From positions 8,751-72,750 of the forward strand of contig JBMFRX010000004.1 of the NCBI GenBank assembly GCA_049967855.1: a stretch of DNA of 64,000 nucleotides, written 5' to 3'. The DNA is from Caldisericaceae bacterium (GTDB lineage Bacteria > Caldisericota > Caldisericia > Caldisericales > Caldisericaceae). Positions 1 to 9,779 of the stretch are shown here, piece after piece. The position numbers and the translations under genes are program-made. How positions within the stretch are numbered: position 1 is the first letter of the stretch; each line of letters starts with the position of its first letter. Below the pieces are notes generated by a model. The model did no database searches and was not told the origin of the DNA. It worked only from the letters and a program-made list of their open reading frames with translations.

Positions 1-267
1 AATGATACACTCAAAATACAGTGGATACCTTCTAATTTCAATGGTACCGAATCATACGTAATTTATGCTATCCCTTCGCAGGGAGACTGGATTATGGTTG
101 CCTCTGGCATTGACCCAAAGACTATGTCGTATGATTGGAAGATTCCAGAAACCATTCCTGCAGGAAGTTATACACTTCGCATTTATGCGGTTGCACCGAA
201 GCTTATGCAGGGGAAGCTTGGCAACTGGATATCATACACTGACTCGGCGTTTATAATACAAAAATAA
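1..267 (+). CDS. C-terminal fragment of a hypothetical secreted/surface protein (beta-rich, Ig-like repeat character)
   Basis: Frame 1 is open from the window edge to TAA at 265-267 (NDTLKIQWIPSNFNGTESYVIYAIPSQGDW...YDWKIPETIPAGSYTLRIYAVAPK...FIIQK*). It is absent from the ORF track because it has no start. Track ORF 65..256 is an out-of-frame shadow. Confidence 0.55.
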   Translation, partial: NDTLKIQWIPSNFNGTESYVIYAIPSQGDWIMVASGIDPKTMSYDWKIPETIPAGSYTLRIYAVAPKLMQGKLGNWISYTDSAFIIQK

Positions 268-271
268 CTTC

Positions 272-312
272 TTTTACTACGCACCTGTGCCTGGCACTGA
301 TGAGTAGTAAAA
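272..312. terminator. possible bidirectional stem-loop between convergent genes
   Basis: TTTTACTAC (272-280) pairs with GTAGTAAAA (304-312) around a GC-rich 23-nt loop. It lies between the stop at 267 (+) and the stop at 327 (-). Confidence 0.25.
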
Positions 313-326
313 CTGACAATTAGAGA

Positions 327-1166
327 TTATCTCTCGGATTGTATCCCTATTCCAAGCCAGATTGGGCCTGCATAGTTCCCGATTGCTGCTCCAACTTCCA
401 TTAAATCGGGTTTCACTTTAAGGTTCTGCTCGATTTTGTTTGAGAGTTCGCTGGCTTCTTCAACGTTCAGGCCATACATTATCCCGAGTTTTCTTATACC
501 TTTTGTGTTGTAGATTGTTTCGATAAATTTCTCCAATGACTCTTTTGCTTTTTTCCAGCCTCTTGAAAGGCTGTCCATCTTAATGGCTCCGTTTGTGAAG
601 GAAAGAATCGGTTTAATGCTCAGTACGTTGCCAATGAGTGCTTCACTCTTGTTGATTCGCCCACTTGCTGCAAGGTATTTGAGCTCGCTCAGCGCGAATT
701 TGTTGTGCAGTTTGGGTACAAGCATTTCCGTGGAAAAGCAGACATCTTCAAATGTCAGATGCTCTTTTATTAGTCTTGCAGCATGTTCCGCAAGGTAACG
801 TATCGAGAAAATGGTGCTTCTTGAATCAATTATCTTGATTGCATTCGTTTTCAATTGCTTGGCAGCTATTCTTGCAGTATTGATTGTGCCGCTTACTTTC
901 TCTGAAATGTGAATTGAAATAATTGGATTGCCTTTCTTTATTTCAGGTTCATAGACGTTCAAGAAATCTTGAACAGATGGCTGAGACGTTTTGGGGAATT
1001 CTTTAGACTTGACCAGACAGTCATAGAATTCTTTAACTGATATGTCTTCTGTTTCTTTGAAGTCTTTCCCGTCAACAAAAACACTGACAGGCACTACCCC
1101 GATATTGTTCTCTGAAACAAAGTTTTTGCTGAGGTAACCTGTTGAATCTACGACTATCTTTATCAT
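327..1166 (-). CDS. DegV family fatty-acid-binding protein
   Basis: MIKIVVDSTGYL N-terminus, KTSQPS motif, about 280 aa. Start trimmed from the track ORF to ATG 1166, because the upstream paralog ends at 1181. Confidence 0.85.
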   Translation of the reverse strand: MIKIVVDSTGYLSKNFVSENNIGVVPVSVFVDGKDFKETEDISVKEFYDCLVKSKEFPKTSQPSVQDFLNVYEPEIKKGNPIISIHISEKVSGTINTARIAAKQLKTNAIKIIDSRSTIFSIRYLAEHAARLIKEHLTFEDVCFSTEMLVPKLHNKFALSELKYLAASGRINKSEALIGNVLSIKPILSFTNGAIKMDSLSRGWKKAKESLEKFIETIYNTKGIRKLGIMYGLNVEEASELSNKIEQNLKVKPDLMEVGAAIGNYAGPIWLGIGIQSER

Positions 1167-1180
1167 CGCATTCTCGCTAT

Positions 1181-2023
1181 CTAACGCTCTGACTGTATGC
1201 CAACGGCGAGCCAGATAGGGCCAGCATACGTTCCTATTACTGCTCCGCACTGCAGCGTATCAACATCAATTTTAAAATGGTCCTTAACCATATCAGCAAA
1301 TTCCTTTCCTTCATTTACGTTTTCTCCGTAAACCACGCAGAGCCTCTCCATACCTACTGCCTGTTTAATCTTCTCAGTAAACTGGACAAGGTTCTCTTTT
1401 GCTTTTTTCCATGTGCGAGAAACCCCTTCAGGCTTCACCACCCCGTCAGTGAAAGAAAGTATGGGTTTGATGTTAAGAAGGCTCCCTATGATTCCTTCAG
1501 CTTTGTTGAGTCTGCCGCCTTCTACAACATACTTTATGTCGTCGAATATGAATCGATTGTAAAGCCTCTTGACCAGAGACTGTGTTTTTGTGTAAACATC
1601 TTCAAAATCAGTATTGCTTTGTGAAATTAGCTTGACTGCGTATTCAGCAAGAAATCTTATCGAGAATGTTGTGCTCATAGAATCAACTATCTTTATCTTG
1701 TCTGTTTTTAGGGTGTTTATTGCCATACGGGCTGCGTTAATTGTTCCGCTTATTTTTTCTGAAAGGTGAATTGAAATCACCGAATATCCTTCATCAATAG
1801 CCTTGCTGTAAACATCCAAAAAGTCCTGAACTGATGGCTGAGATGTTTTTGGAAGCTTGTTTACCTCTCTCAGTATCCTGTAGAAATCATCAGGACTAAA
1901 ATTCTTACCCTCAACGTATTCGTTGTCGCCAAGCCTAACTTTCAGTGGCACAACGGAAATGTTATTCTGCTCAACGAAGGTATTATCTAAATAACCCGTA
2001 GAGTCAACGACAATTTTAATCAT
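1181..2023 (-). CDS. DegV family fatty-acid-binding protein (tandem paralog)
   Basis: MIKIVVDSTGYL...KTSQPS, colinear with the downstream paralog. GAGGTG lies 6 nt before ATG 2023; the track start at 2032 is a GTG inside the SD. Confidence 0.85.
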   Translation of the reverse strand: MIKIVVDSTGYLDNTFVEQNNISVVPLKVRLGDNEYVEGKNFSPDDFYRILREVNKLPKTSQPSVQDFLDVYSKAIDEGYSVISIHLSEKISGTINAARMAINTLKTDKIKIVDSMSTTFSIRFLAEYAVKLISQSNTDFEDVYTKTQSLVKRLYNRFIFDDIKYVVEGGRLNKAEGIIGSLLNIKPILSFTDGVVKPEGVSRTWKKAKENLVQFTEKIKQAVGMERLCVVYGENVNEGKEFADMVKDHFKIDVDTLQCGAVIGTYAGPIWLAVGIQSER

Positions 2024-2132
2024 CTTATTCACCTCTAACGATATTATAGCTAAAACGCGATATTTGCAAACAAAAAAGGTAGGCTGCTCAGCCTACCTAA
2101 GATGCGAACTATTACATTTATTGAACTGTTTT

Positions 2133-2627
2133 CTACCCAGCGCCTCTCTGCCCGAGCTCTTTATCAAGCATATAAAGTGCCTGGCCTGCTTCTCCGATGA
2201 GTTTCAATTTCAGCACAATGTCCAGTGTCTGCTGTTCTTCTTCTAATTGCTCGTTTATGAACCATGCAAGAAAATCTTCTGTAGCAAAGTCATTTTCTGT
2301 TCGGGCAATGCCCGCAATTTTGTTGATGCTTTCAGAGATAAAAACTTCGTGATTATAAGCATCTTGAAAAGCTTCCAGAGTTGAGCCCCATTTCGTCTTT
2401 GGTTTTTCAATAGTTGTAAGTTCAACCACTCCGCCTCTTTCGTTCATATAGCCCATAAATTTCTCAGCATGAGAAAGTTCTTCTTTGTACTGGATAAATA
2501 ACCATTTTGCCATTCCAGTAAGATTCTTTGTTTCAAAATGTTGTGCCATGGAAAGATAAAGATATGCAGAAAAAAACTCTTTGTTTATCTGCTCGTTGAT
2601 TGCTTTCTGAATGTTTTCTTTAATCAT
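2133..2627 (-). CDS. non-heme ferritin
   Basis: 164 aa. Ferritin-like four-helix pattern (INKEFFSAYLYLSMA, EELSHAEKF, HEVFISESI). SD GGAGAG upstream. Confidence 0.8.
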   Translation of the reverse strand: MIKENIQKAINEQINKEFFSAYLYLSMAQHFETKNLTGMAKWLFIQYKEELSHAEKFMGYMNERGGVVELTTIEKPKTKWGSTLEAFQDAYNHEVFISESINKIAGIARTENDFATEDFLAWFINEQLEEEQQTLDIVLKLKLIGEAGQALYMLDKELGQRGAG

Positions 2628-2636
2628 ATTGCTCTC

Positions 2637-3026
2637 CTAAGCAAGCTTCTTTGACCAAAGGCCGTGTACATTGCAATATGCTCTGACTTCCGTAAGGCTC
2701 TCTATTCCCCAGTCAATATGCGTCTCAGGCTTGTCTCCAGGCTTAAGCATAATCTTAACAACTTTTCCGTCTTTATTGAAAGCCTCGATCCACTCGATGT
2801 AATGTTGCTCTTCCATTGGATGTGGGACACTCCCAATCTTAATTATTGTGCCGTGTTCAGCTTTCTCAACAACGGGAAGATGTTTCTCATTGCCAGCATC
2901 AGTTGATTTTTCAACCATTTTTGTCATAGGTTGACCGCAGCAAACCAAAGTCCCTGCTCCCTCGTGAGTCATCTCAACGATGTTCCCACAGATTTCACAC
3001 TTGTAGATTTCAAACTTCTTTGTCAT
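2637..3026 (-). CDS. dfx: desulfoferrodoxin (2Fe superoxide reductase)
   Basis: N-terminal desulforedoxin CxxC...CC motif (YKCEICGNIVE...LVCCGQPM) plus a neelaredoxin-type C-terminal domain (HPMEEQHYIEWIE...CNVHGLW). Confidence 0.9.
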   Translation of the reverse strand: MTKKFEIYKCEICGNIVEMTHEGAGTLVCCGQPMTKMVEKSTDAGNEKHLPVVEKAEHGTIIKIGSVPHPMEEQHYIEWIEAFNKDGKVVKIMLKPGDKPETHIDWGIESLTEVRAYCNVHGLWSKKLA

Positions 3027-3081
3027 AGCAATTACCTCCTTATGTAAATATTTATAAAATTTCTAATTAATTATAACACTT

Positions 3082-4269
3082 TTATTCAAATAGTCCAAGT
3101 AACTTATGCTTCTCTGAAATATCAGTAGCAAGCTTGTCAATTCTTTTAAATGCTTCTTCGTCTGGGAGTCCTTTTATTTCGAGTGGTTCAAGAAATTCTC
3201 CCTTAAAATTCGTAAGATGATTTTTAATCCAGGGGATTGTCTGTCCGCCCCACCCGTAAGAAGTCACCAAGGCTATGAATTTTACCTTTGGTTTTATTGC
3301 ATTGATGAAAATTGTAGCGTAAGCTCCAGCAGGATGAGGTCCTGCAAGCACAGTAGGCATAGCAAAAACAATTGTTGCTGCATCAACGGCGCTCATTGCA
3401 ATTTCTCCGATATCAGCTGTTGCAAGGTTATACGGCACAACTTTAATTCCTTTCTCAACAAGGTCATTGAACAGCCTTTCTGCAATTATCTTTGTGCTTC
3501 CGTGCATTGAGATATAGAGAAGCAAAACTTCATTTTTTGGTTTATCTGAAATCCATTCCTTGTACAGATCAATAATGAAATTTGGTTCATCATAAAGTGG
3601 CCCGTGGCTTGGTGCTATTATCGAAAAGTCATATCCCTCAAGTTTCTTCAGATTGCTAGATATGAAGTTTCTAAATGGCATCATTATCTCGGCATAATAT
3701 CTCTTGGCGCCTTCAGCAATATGCTCTTTATTTTTTGCAAACAAGTCGCTTGTGGCATAGTGTGAACCGAAGAAATCACAGGTAAAAAGTATTTTGTCTT
3801 CTTCAAGAAGAGCGCTCATCGTTTCAGGCCAGTGAACCCAGGGGGTAAAAATGAATTTGAGGGTTTTGTTGCCAAGTGAAAGTATCTCGCCATCACCTAT
3901 TACAATGAACTTTTCTTCTGCAATGTGTAAATGCTCCATCAGCAGTCCTTTGCATTTTTCGTTTGTAACAATTTTGCACTCAGGGAACCTTTCCAGTATA
4001 AGCGGAATGCTTCCTGAATGGTCCTGCTCTGCATGCTGGGAAACAAGGTAATCAATCTTTAGACCCTTGAACTCGGAAATGTTTGCCAGGAATTCGCCTG
4101 ATAGAGCAGGGTCTACGGTATCAATTAAAGCGGTTTTCTCGCTTCCGAAAACCAAGTACGAATTATAACTTGTTCCATCTGGTAGAGGTATCAGCTCGTC
4201 GAACACCTTTCTGTCCCAGTGAATTACTCCTACAGCAAAAATATTTTCTTTGATTTTTCTTACAGCCAT
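3082..4269 (-). CDS. flavodiiron protein (FprA / rubredoxin:oxygen oxidoreductase type)
   Basis: 395 aa. Metallo-beta-lactamase-like diiron domain (SQHAEQDHSGS) followed by a flavodoxin-like domain (LLLYISMHGSTK). AGGAGG SD. Confidence 0.85.
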   Translation of the reverse strand: MAVRKIKENIFAVGVIHWDRKVFDELIPLPDGTSYNSYLVFGSEKTALIDTVDPALSGEFLANISEFKGLKIDYLVSQHAEQDHSGSIPLILERFPECKIVTNEKCKGLLMEHLHIAEEKFIVIGDGEILSLGNKTLKFIFTPWVHWPETMSALLEEDKILFTCDFFGSHYATSDLFAKNKEHIAEGAKRYYAEIMMPFRNFISSNLKKLEGYDFSIIAPSHGPLYDEPNFIIDLYKEWISDKPKNEVLLLYISMHGSTKIIAERLFNDLVEKGIKVVPYNLATADIGEIAMSAVDAATIVFAMPTVLAGPHPAGAYATIFINAIKPKVKFIALVTSYGWGGQTIPWIKNHLTNFKGEFLEPLEIKGLPDEEAFKRIDKLATDISEKHKLLGLFE

Positions 4270-4422
4270 AATTTCCCTCCTCGGTTAAATTATAGTCTTT
4301 ATAACCAACAAGTCAACACTAAGGATGGGCCCTCACGAAAAGGTATCAGATTTCACACTAATCCATATCCTATGCATGTTTCTAGTTGGTATTGCAAAAA
4401 AACAAGAATTTGAGAAAATATT

Positions 4423-5268
4423 ATGATGATTAATTTTTTTACAAGCATTATTAATGAAGTTGGGATTGGTTACATAATACTCACTGTTGTTGATATTCTC
4501 ATTGTGAGTGTGTTGGTTTATTTTGTATTAAGAGCAATCCAGCATACACGCACTCTGCAGCTTGCAGAAGGGATAGCTCTTTATTTCATTGCGGTAGTTA
4601 TTCTTTCAAAGCTCAGCAGCATGGCTCATCTTGTTGTTTTTTCTTTCTTGATGAGCAATATTCTCAAGTTTTCGATTAGTTTTTTACCATTTTTGCTGGT
4701 GGTTGTTTTTCAACCAGAACTCAGAAAGTGGTTTACGGGGCTTGGGAAGGGAATTACTCTTCAAGAGATGCCAGAAACTGACGAGGACGATGTCAAAACT
4801 GTGATAGAAGAACTTGTAAAGAGTGCCAATTATTTTTCTTTGAACAAAATCGGCGCCTTGATTGTTATAGAGAGAGGAGTTCCTCTGAACGACTATATCG
4901 ACACGGGGGTCAAAGTCAACTCTTCAGTAAGGGCAGAGCTCTTGAACACTATTTTCTTTCCAAATACCTCTCTGCATGATGGGGCGGTTATTATCAGGAA
5001 TAGCAAAATTGCTGCAGCAAGGTGCGTTTTGCCTCTATCTATGGATAAGGGGCTCGATAAAGACGACGTTGGTACAAGGCATCGAGCAGCAGCTGGCATA
5101 AGTGAAGAAACAGATGCTATTGCAATTGTAGTATCTGAGGAGACGGGGATTATTTCAATTGCTGTAAGGGGCAAGCTTACCCGTTACCTGAGTCCGCTTG
5201 AATTAAGAGGAATGCTTCTTGTTATGACAAAGCCTGTTGAGAAGAAGGAAGGGCTGAATAAAATATGA
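4423..5268 (+). CDS. cdaA: diadenylate cyclase CdaA (DisA_N domain, membrane anchored)
   Basis: Three N-terminal TM segments, then LHDGAVII and GTRHRAAAGISEETDAIAIVVSEETG motifs. Confidence 0.9.
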   Translation: MMINFFTSIINEVGIGYIILTVVDILIVSVLVYFVLRAIQHTRTLQLAEGIALYFIAVVILSKLSSMAHLVVFSFLMSNILKFSISFLPFLLVVVFQPELRKWFTGLGKGITLQEMPETDEDDVKTVIEELVKSANYFSLNKIGALIVIERGVPLNDYIDTGVKVNSSVRAELLNTIFFPNTSLHDGAVIIRNSKIAAARCVLPLSMDKGLDKDDVGTRHRAAAGISEETDAIAIVVSEETGIISIAVRGKLTRYLSPLELRGMLLVMTKPVEKKEGLNKI

Positions 5269-6446
5269 AAAAATTTCTTAATTTCTTGCTTAATATCAAA
5301 TTTCTCTCTGTGATTTTTGCAATAGCTCTATGGTATTACGTAATAGGAATTCAGGGTCCGATTATTCAAAAAACTTTCAGTCAGGTGAACGTTATCCCGA
5401 TAAATGTTTCAAGCGATAGTTTCGTGGTTAACAATATTGGCAGTGTATCTGTTACGGCAGAAGGTCCAAGCAAAATAATACTGGGTTTGAAAGATTCTGA
5501 TTTCAGTGCAATTGTAGATTTAACAGGCAAAAAACACGGAGAATATTTCCTGCCTGTCGAAGTGCATTCTCCGTTGAGCAATATTACTGTGAAAGACACT
5601 GCCCCTTCTACCGTAAAAGTTACACTTGAACAGGTTTCAAGCATAGTACTTCCTGTGAGTGCCGATATGATAAACCAACCAAAGGATTTCTTGCCGCAGA
5701 TTCCTGTTATTTCACCTTCAAGCGTCAATGTCGTTGGACCGCAAAGCACTCTTTCTAATATTGCAAGGATTTATGTGACTGTTGACTTGAGCAGTATAAC
5801 AGGAAGAACCACTCTGAATTTGCCCATCAGTATTGCTATGAAAGATGGATCAATTCCAACAAATATTTATCTCAATCCGTCTACTTGTGTTGTTATAGTA
5901 GACAAGTCCACAGCTAATGGGAGTGTAACAGTTCCTATAATACCTGTAATCACAGGGACTCCTTTCAGCGGTTTCGGACTTAAGGGGGTGTCAGTTGCAC
6001 CGCTTTCGATAACCCTTAATGGTGATTATTCTACTTTAAGTTCAATTGCGTCAATAAATACAGTTCCTATTGACATATCAAAGTACACAAAACCAACGTC
6101 TCTTCAAATAGACGTTGCGATTCCTGCAGGGGTTAAGTCAGCTACTACGAATTGCACGGTAAAAATTGATATAGAACCGCTTAAAACTGCCCAAATAAAG
6201 ATACCTCTCACAATACTTCATGATGATGCAAAATATGCAAGCAGTACAACAGACTCCGTAGAAGTCACGGTAACAGGGTTTGCAGATGTCGTAAATAGCA
6301 TCAATCCTCAACTTGTAAGTGCGACTGTTGATGCTACGCACCTTGATGTCGGGAGCTATACCCTGCCGATCAATGTGACAAATGTTCCTCAGGGAGTTAC
6401 GGTCAATTTTGTTATCCCTGCATCCTGCGAGGTCAAAATCTCGTAA
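5265..6446 (+). CDS. cdaR: YbbR-domain protein (CdaR-like regulator of CdaA)
   Basis: 4-nt overlap with cdaA. N-terminal TM segment plus repeated beta-rich YbbR-like modules. Conserved cdaA-cdaR synteny. Confidence 0.75.
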   Translation: MKKFLNFLLNIKFLSVIFAIALWYYVIGIQGPIIQKTFSQVNVIPINVSSDSFVVNNIGSVSVTAEGPSKIILGLKDSDFSAIVDLTGKKHGEYFLPVEVHSPLSNITVKDTAPSTVKVTLEQVSSIVLPVSADMINQPKDFLPQIPVISPSSVNVVGPQSTLSNIARIYVTVDLSSITGRTTLNLPISIAMKDGSIPTNIYLNPSTCVVIVDKSTANGSVTVPIIPVITGTPFSGFGLKGVSVAPLSITLNGDYSTLSSIASINTVPIDISKYTKPTSLQIDVAIPAGVKSATTNCTVKIDIEPLKTAQIKIPLTILHDDAKYASSTTDSVEVTVTGFADVVNSINPQLVSATVDATHLDVGSYTLPINVTNVPQGVTVNFVIPASCEVKIS

Positions 6447-6941
6447 ATGCAATACAGAGTCGTATATTTCGGAGTTCCGCTGATAGTGTCAATAGAAAAT
6501 GGAACTGTTCTTTCAGTGTTGTTCGCAGATGATAAAGGAAAAACAATTGATGATAATATCAAGGTAAGCAATTCTCTCACAGACGACCTGTCTGCTTTTG
6601 CTCAGGGTAACCACTCTGTATTGAAGTTTTCACTCGAGGGGGCTCCTTTGAAAATAAGGCCAATACTTTTAAAGGCGATTGATACTCCTTTTGGAAAAGT
6701 AATCTCCTACGGTGGTCTTTCTGAAGCGGTCTTTGGAAACAGTCGTTATTCGAGGTTTGTTGGCTTTGCTATGGGAAGGAATCCACTACCTGTTATTGTA
6801 CCCTGCCATAGGGTCGTGTTTGCCGACGGAACCTTCAACGGATTTTCGGCTCCACTTAGCATAAAGAGAAAGTTGCTCGAGGGGGAAGGAGTGGTTAGTT
6901 GTAATGGAAAAATTGACAAAACCTTTTTTATTAATTTCTAA
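6447..6941 (+). CDS. ogt: methylated-DNA-protein-cysteine methyltransferase (Ogt/MGMT family)
   Basis: Active-site IVPCHRVV motif in a C-terminal DNA-binding domain. The ATG directly abuts the cdaR stop. Confidence 0.8.
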   Translation: MQYRVVYFGVPLIVSIENGTVLSVLFADDKGKTIDDNIKVSNSLTDDLSAFAQGNHSVLKFSLEGAPLKIRPILLKAIDTPFGKVISYGGLSEAVFGNSRYSRFVGFAMGRNPLPVIVPCHRVVFADGTFNGFSAPLSIKRKLLEGEGVVSCNGKIDKTFFINF

Positions 6942-7815
6942 ACCTCGTGATATTACATCAAGCAAATTATTAAACGAAATTAAAAGCAACTTTGGAAAAA
7001 CAAAAATAGGACACACGGGTACACTTGACCCAATTGCTACTGGATTGCTTGTTGTTGCTTTGGGATACGGCACGAGGCTGATTCCTTACCTTGACACAAA
7101 TGTTAAGGAATATTTCATAAAGATTGTATTTGGGATGCAAACTGACACCGATGATATAACTGGCAACGTGATACAAAGAAGCAGCAAAAAGTTTGAACCG
7201 CTTATTTTACAGAATGCTTTGTCTCATTTCATTGGTGATATTGAGCAGTATCCTCCGTCCTATTCTGCAAAAAAGGTTGCAGGAAAAGAGCTGTATAAGT
7301 ATGCCCGTCTCAAACAAGATATGCCTCAAATTAAACCAGTCAATGTAACAATTTTTGATGTTGAAACCCTTGGTTTCGGCGATAACTGTGCTTCTCTGAG
7401 GGTAGTTTGTTCGAAAGGGACTTATATGAGGTCTCTTGCAAGAGACATTGGGACAATGCTCGGGACTTTTGGAACGATAGCTGCCATTGCACGCACGAGA
7501 GTTGGCAAGTTCAGCATAAAGGATGCAACGACGCTCTCAAACATTAAGAATAATCTGGATAAAGGATTTTTGTCTGCAGAAGAAGCCCTGGATTTGCCTG
7601 TATGCACAGTCGGCAGTCCTGATGGTTTCAAAAACGGGATAGACATCCCTTTTGAAGATTGCCCTGAATTTGCTAATCTAAGTGAATTGCCCAAAGCCTA
7701 CTTAGGAGCAAACAGAAAGCTGATTGCTCGAAGTGAAAATGGGAATTTTCTGGGAATAGCCTCTGTAGAAGGCAACTCTCTTCACCCTGAGGTTGTTGTA
7801 AATGAAAATTATTGA
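6904..7815 (+). CDS. truB: tRNA pseudouridine-55 synthase
   Basis: LLISKPRDITSS...GHTGTLDPIATGLLVVALG catalytic Asp motif. Overlaps ogt by 38 nt. Confidence 0.9.
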   Translation: MEKLTKPFLLISKPRDITSSKLLNEIKSNFGKTKIGHTGTLDPIATGLLVVALGYGTRLIPYLDTNVKEYFIKIVFGMQTDTDDITGNVIQRSSKKFEPLILQNALSHFIGDIEQYPPSYSAKKVAGKELYKYARLKQDMPQIKPVNVTIFDVETLGFGDNCASLRVVCSKGTYMRSLARDIGTMLGTFGTIAAIARTRVGKFSIKDATTLSNIKNNLDKGFLSAEEALDLPVCTVGSPDGFKNGIDIPFEDCPEFANLSELPKAYLGANRKLIARSENGNFLGIASVEGNSLHPEVVVNENY

Positions 7816-8716
7816 AGAGTCAGAGAACATTGATTTTGATACAGCAGTTGCAATAGGAATGTTTGACGGTGTTCACCAGGGGCACAAGAGGCTCATTGAT
7901 AAAACAATAAGCATTGCTTCCGAGAACAATCTCACCCCAACGGTGTTCACTTTTTACAATCATCCCGTGAAAGAGAAGAAACGAAAGTATTTAAACGTGC
8001 TTAGTGAAAAACTCTACCTTTTGGAAAAATACGGCATCAAAGCAGTCTATTTAAAAGAGCTTGACAGCAGTTTTATGAGAATGAATGGGGAAAGATTTTT
8101 GGATGATTACCTTATCGGAATTTTGAAAGCCAGAGCAATAGTAGTCGGTGAAGATTTCAGGTTTGGCTTCAATAGAGAATGTGACGTGGAATCGCTCAAG
8201 AGACTTGTGAGAGTTCGAGGGATTGCGGTTTATTCGGTGCCTTTGCTTGATGTTGACGGATTACTTGTGAAAAGCTCTACCATACACGATTATATAGTGC
8301 AGGGGCTAATAGAAGAAGCAAATAAAATGCTTGGATATGAATTCTTTCTTTCAGGCGATGTCGTGAAGGGCAAAGGGCTTGGCAGGCACATTGGCTATCC
8401 TACTGCCAATATAAGATATCTTAATGGTTATAAAGTGCTTCCGAAGAATGGAATATATATAACCTTGGGCGAAGTTGAAGGAGTCTTTCACGGGTCAGTA
8501 ACCAACGTAGGCTATAATCCAACCTTTGACAATGACGAAATGATTAAAATTGAAACGCATTTCTTGAATATGAGTAAGGATTTGTACGGAAAATTTGTGA
8601 GGCTCCATTTCATCGCAAGAATAAGAGACGAGAAGAAATTTTCCACTGCTCAAGAATTGAGCAAGGCAATAAAAGAAGACGTCGCAACCGCAGAGAGATT
8701 TTTCTTGAAGAAGTAA
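7802..8716 (+). CDS. ribF: bifunctional riboflavin kinase / FAD synthetase
   Basis: GMFDGVHQGH nucleotidyltransferase motif and a C-terminal riboflavin kinase domain (GYPTANI...). Confidence 0.9.
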   Translation: MKIIEESENIDFDTAVAIGMFDGVHQGHKRLIDKTISIASENNLTPTVFTFYNHPVKEKKRKYLNVLSEKLYLLEKYGIKAVYLKELDSSFMRMNGERFLDDYLIGILKARAIVVGEDFRFGFNRECDVESLKRLVRVRGIAVYSVPLLDVDGLLVKSSTIHDYIVQGLIEEANKMLGYEFFLSGDVVKGKGLGRHIGYPTANIRYLNGYKVLPKNGIYITLGEVEGVFHGSVTNVGYNPTFDNDEMIKIETHFLNMSKDLYGKFVRLHFIARIRDEKKFSTAQELSKAIKEDVATAERFFLKK

Positions 8717-8719
8717 GCT

Positions 8720-9673
8720 TTAGAATACAGCCTTCAAAGACCTTTCAAGAATTTCCACCTTCATCGGAGTGAAGCCAACAACTTCTCCGTCTGCCTCAAT
8801 GAGTGCTTTTGGAGTGCATTCTACGTAGGCTTCTTTTGCTTGCTCGTAGTAGAGTTTCTTTTCCCGCGTGATTGTGCCGTTGTAGAGTTTGTAAATCTTG
8901 AAAAGGACTTCCAAACCAGTGTAGTTTCTGAAGACAGATATGTTAAAGACTCCGTCATCTATTTTTGACAAAGGCGATAAAAGCATTCCTCCCCCAAAGA
9001 ATTTGCCATTAGAGATATCAAACTCAAAAAACTGTCCATCAATTTTCTTTCCTCCATTTATTAACAGGCCTCTTGGAATAGTGGCAAAGATAAGAGTTTT
9101 AATCAAAGCGTTAAGGTAAATTATGTTTTTAAAGGCAGTTTTCTTTCCCTGGTTAGCTTTCATTGTAACAGTGCCAGAGAAGCCGCCGCTAAGAATATTT
9201 ACGAAGTATCGTGAAGCATCTTTCCCGTCGAAGTCTTTGAATTCAAAGTGCCCAACGTCAATCCACCTTGCATCTGCCGACAGAGCTATGTCAAGAGCTT
9301 CTTTTATGTTCTTTGGAAGATTCAATGTCTTTCTGAGGTCATTGCCGGAACCAATTGATACAAAAGCCACTGCTGGAATTCTGCTGTCCTTGTTCTTTAT
9401 TGTTTCTTCGAGGTTCGAAGGATAGAGTTTCTTCAGACCCTGGAACACTCCATTTACAACTTCATTATGAGTGCCATCGCCGCCAAAGCTTATTATTCTC
9501 TCCACCCCATCCAAAACGGCATTTCTGGCAAGCTCTATAGAATGCATAGGGTGCTCCGAGAAAAACGTTTTGACATTGTTTAGAGAATTAATAAATGGCT
9601 TTACAAGATTGTATTCTTCGTAAGACCTTCCTCCTGCGGCTGCAGGGTTTACAATGAGGTAAATTTTTTCCAT
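8720..9673 (-). CDS. diacylglycerol/lipid kinase family protein (YegS/DagK-like)
   Basis: LIVNPAAAGG and FGGDGTHNEVVNG motifs, 317 aa. Confidence 0.8.
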   Translation of the reverse strand: MEKIYLIVNPAAAGGRSYEEYNLVKPFINSLNNVKTFFSEHPMHSIELARNAVLDGVERIISFGGDGTHNEVVNGVFQGLKKLYPSNLEETIKNKDSRIPAVAFVSIGSGNDLRKTLNLPKNIKEALDIALSADARWIDVGHFEFKDFDGKDASRYFVNILSGGFSGTVTMKANQGKKTAFKNIIYLNALIKTLIFATIPRGLLINGGKKIDGQFFEFDISNGKFFGGGMLLSPLSKIDDGVFNISVFRNYTGLEVLFKIYKLYNGTITREKKLYYEQAKEAYVECTPKALIEADGEVVGFTPMKVEILERSLKAVF

Positions 9674-9678
9674 TCTTT

Positions 9679-9705
9679 ATTATATTGCATAAAGCGTTTT
9701 TGCAA
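9679..9705 (-). promoter_or_regulatory. candidate sigma70 promoter; -10 lies 5 nt from the start codon (leaderless-type)
   Basis: Minus strand TTGCAA (9705-9700), 15 nt, TATAAT (9684-9679), aaaga, ATG (9673). No SD. Confidence 0.4.
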
Positions 9706-9779
9706 AGAAAATTTCGTCTTTTTACTATGAAAAAACAACGATTGGCATATAATAAAAGAAGTGTTAAAAGAGGTGTTAA

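Noticed and set aside
65-256. Track ORF (63 aa, + strand)
   Set aside because: It is an out-of-frame shadow of the longer frame-1 reading frame, which is open from the window edge to 267 and has a far more protein-like translation.
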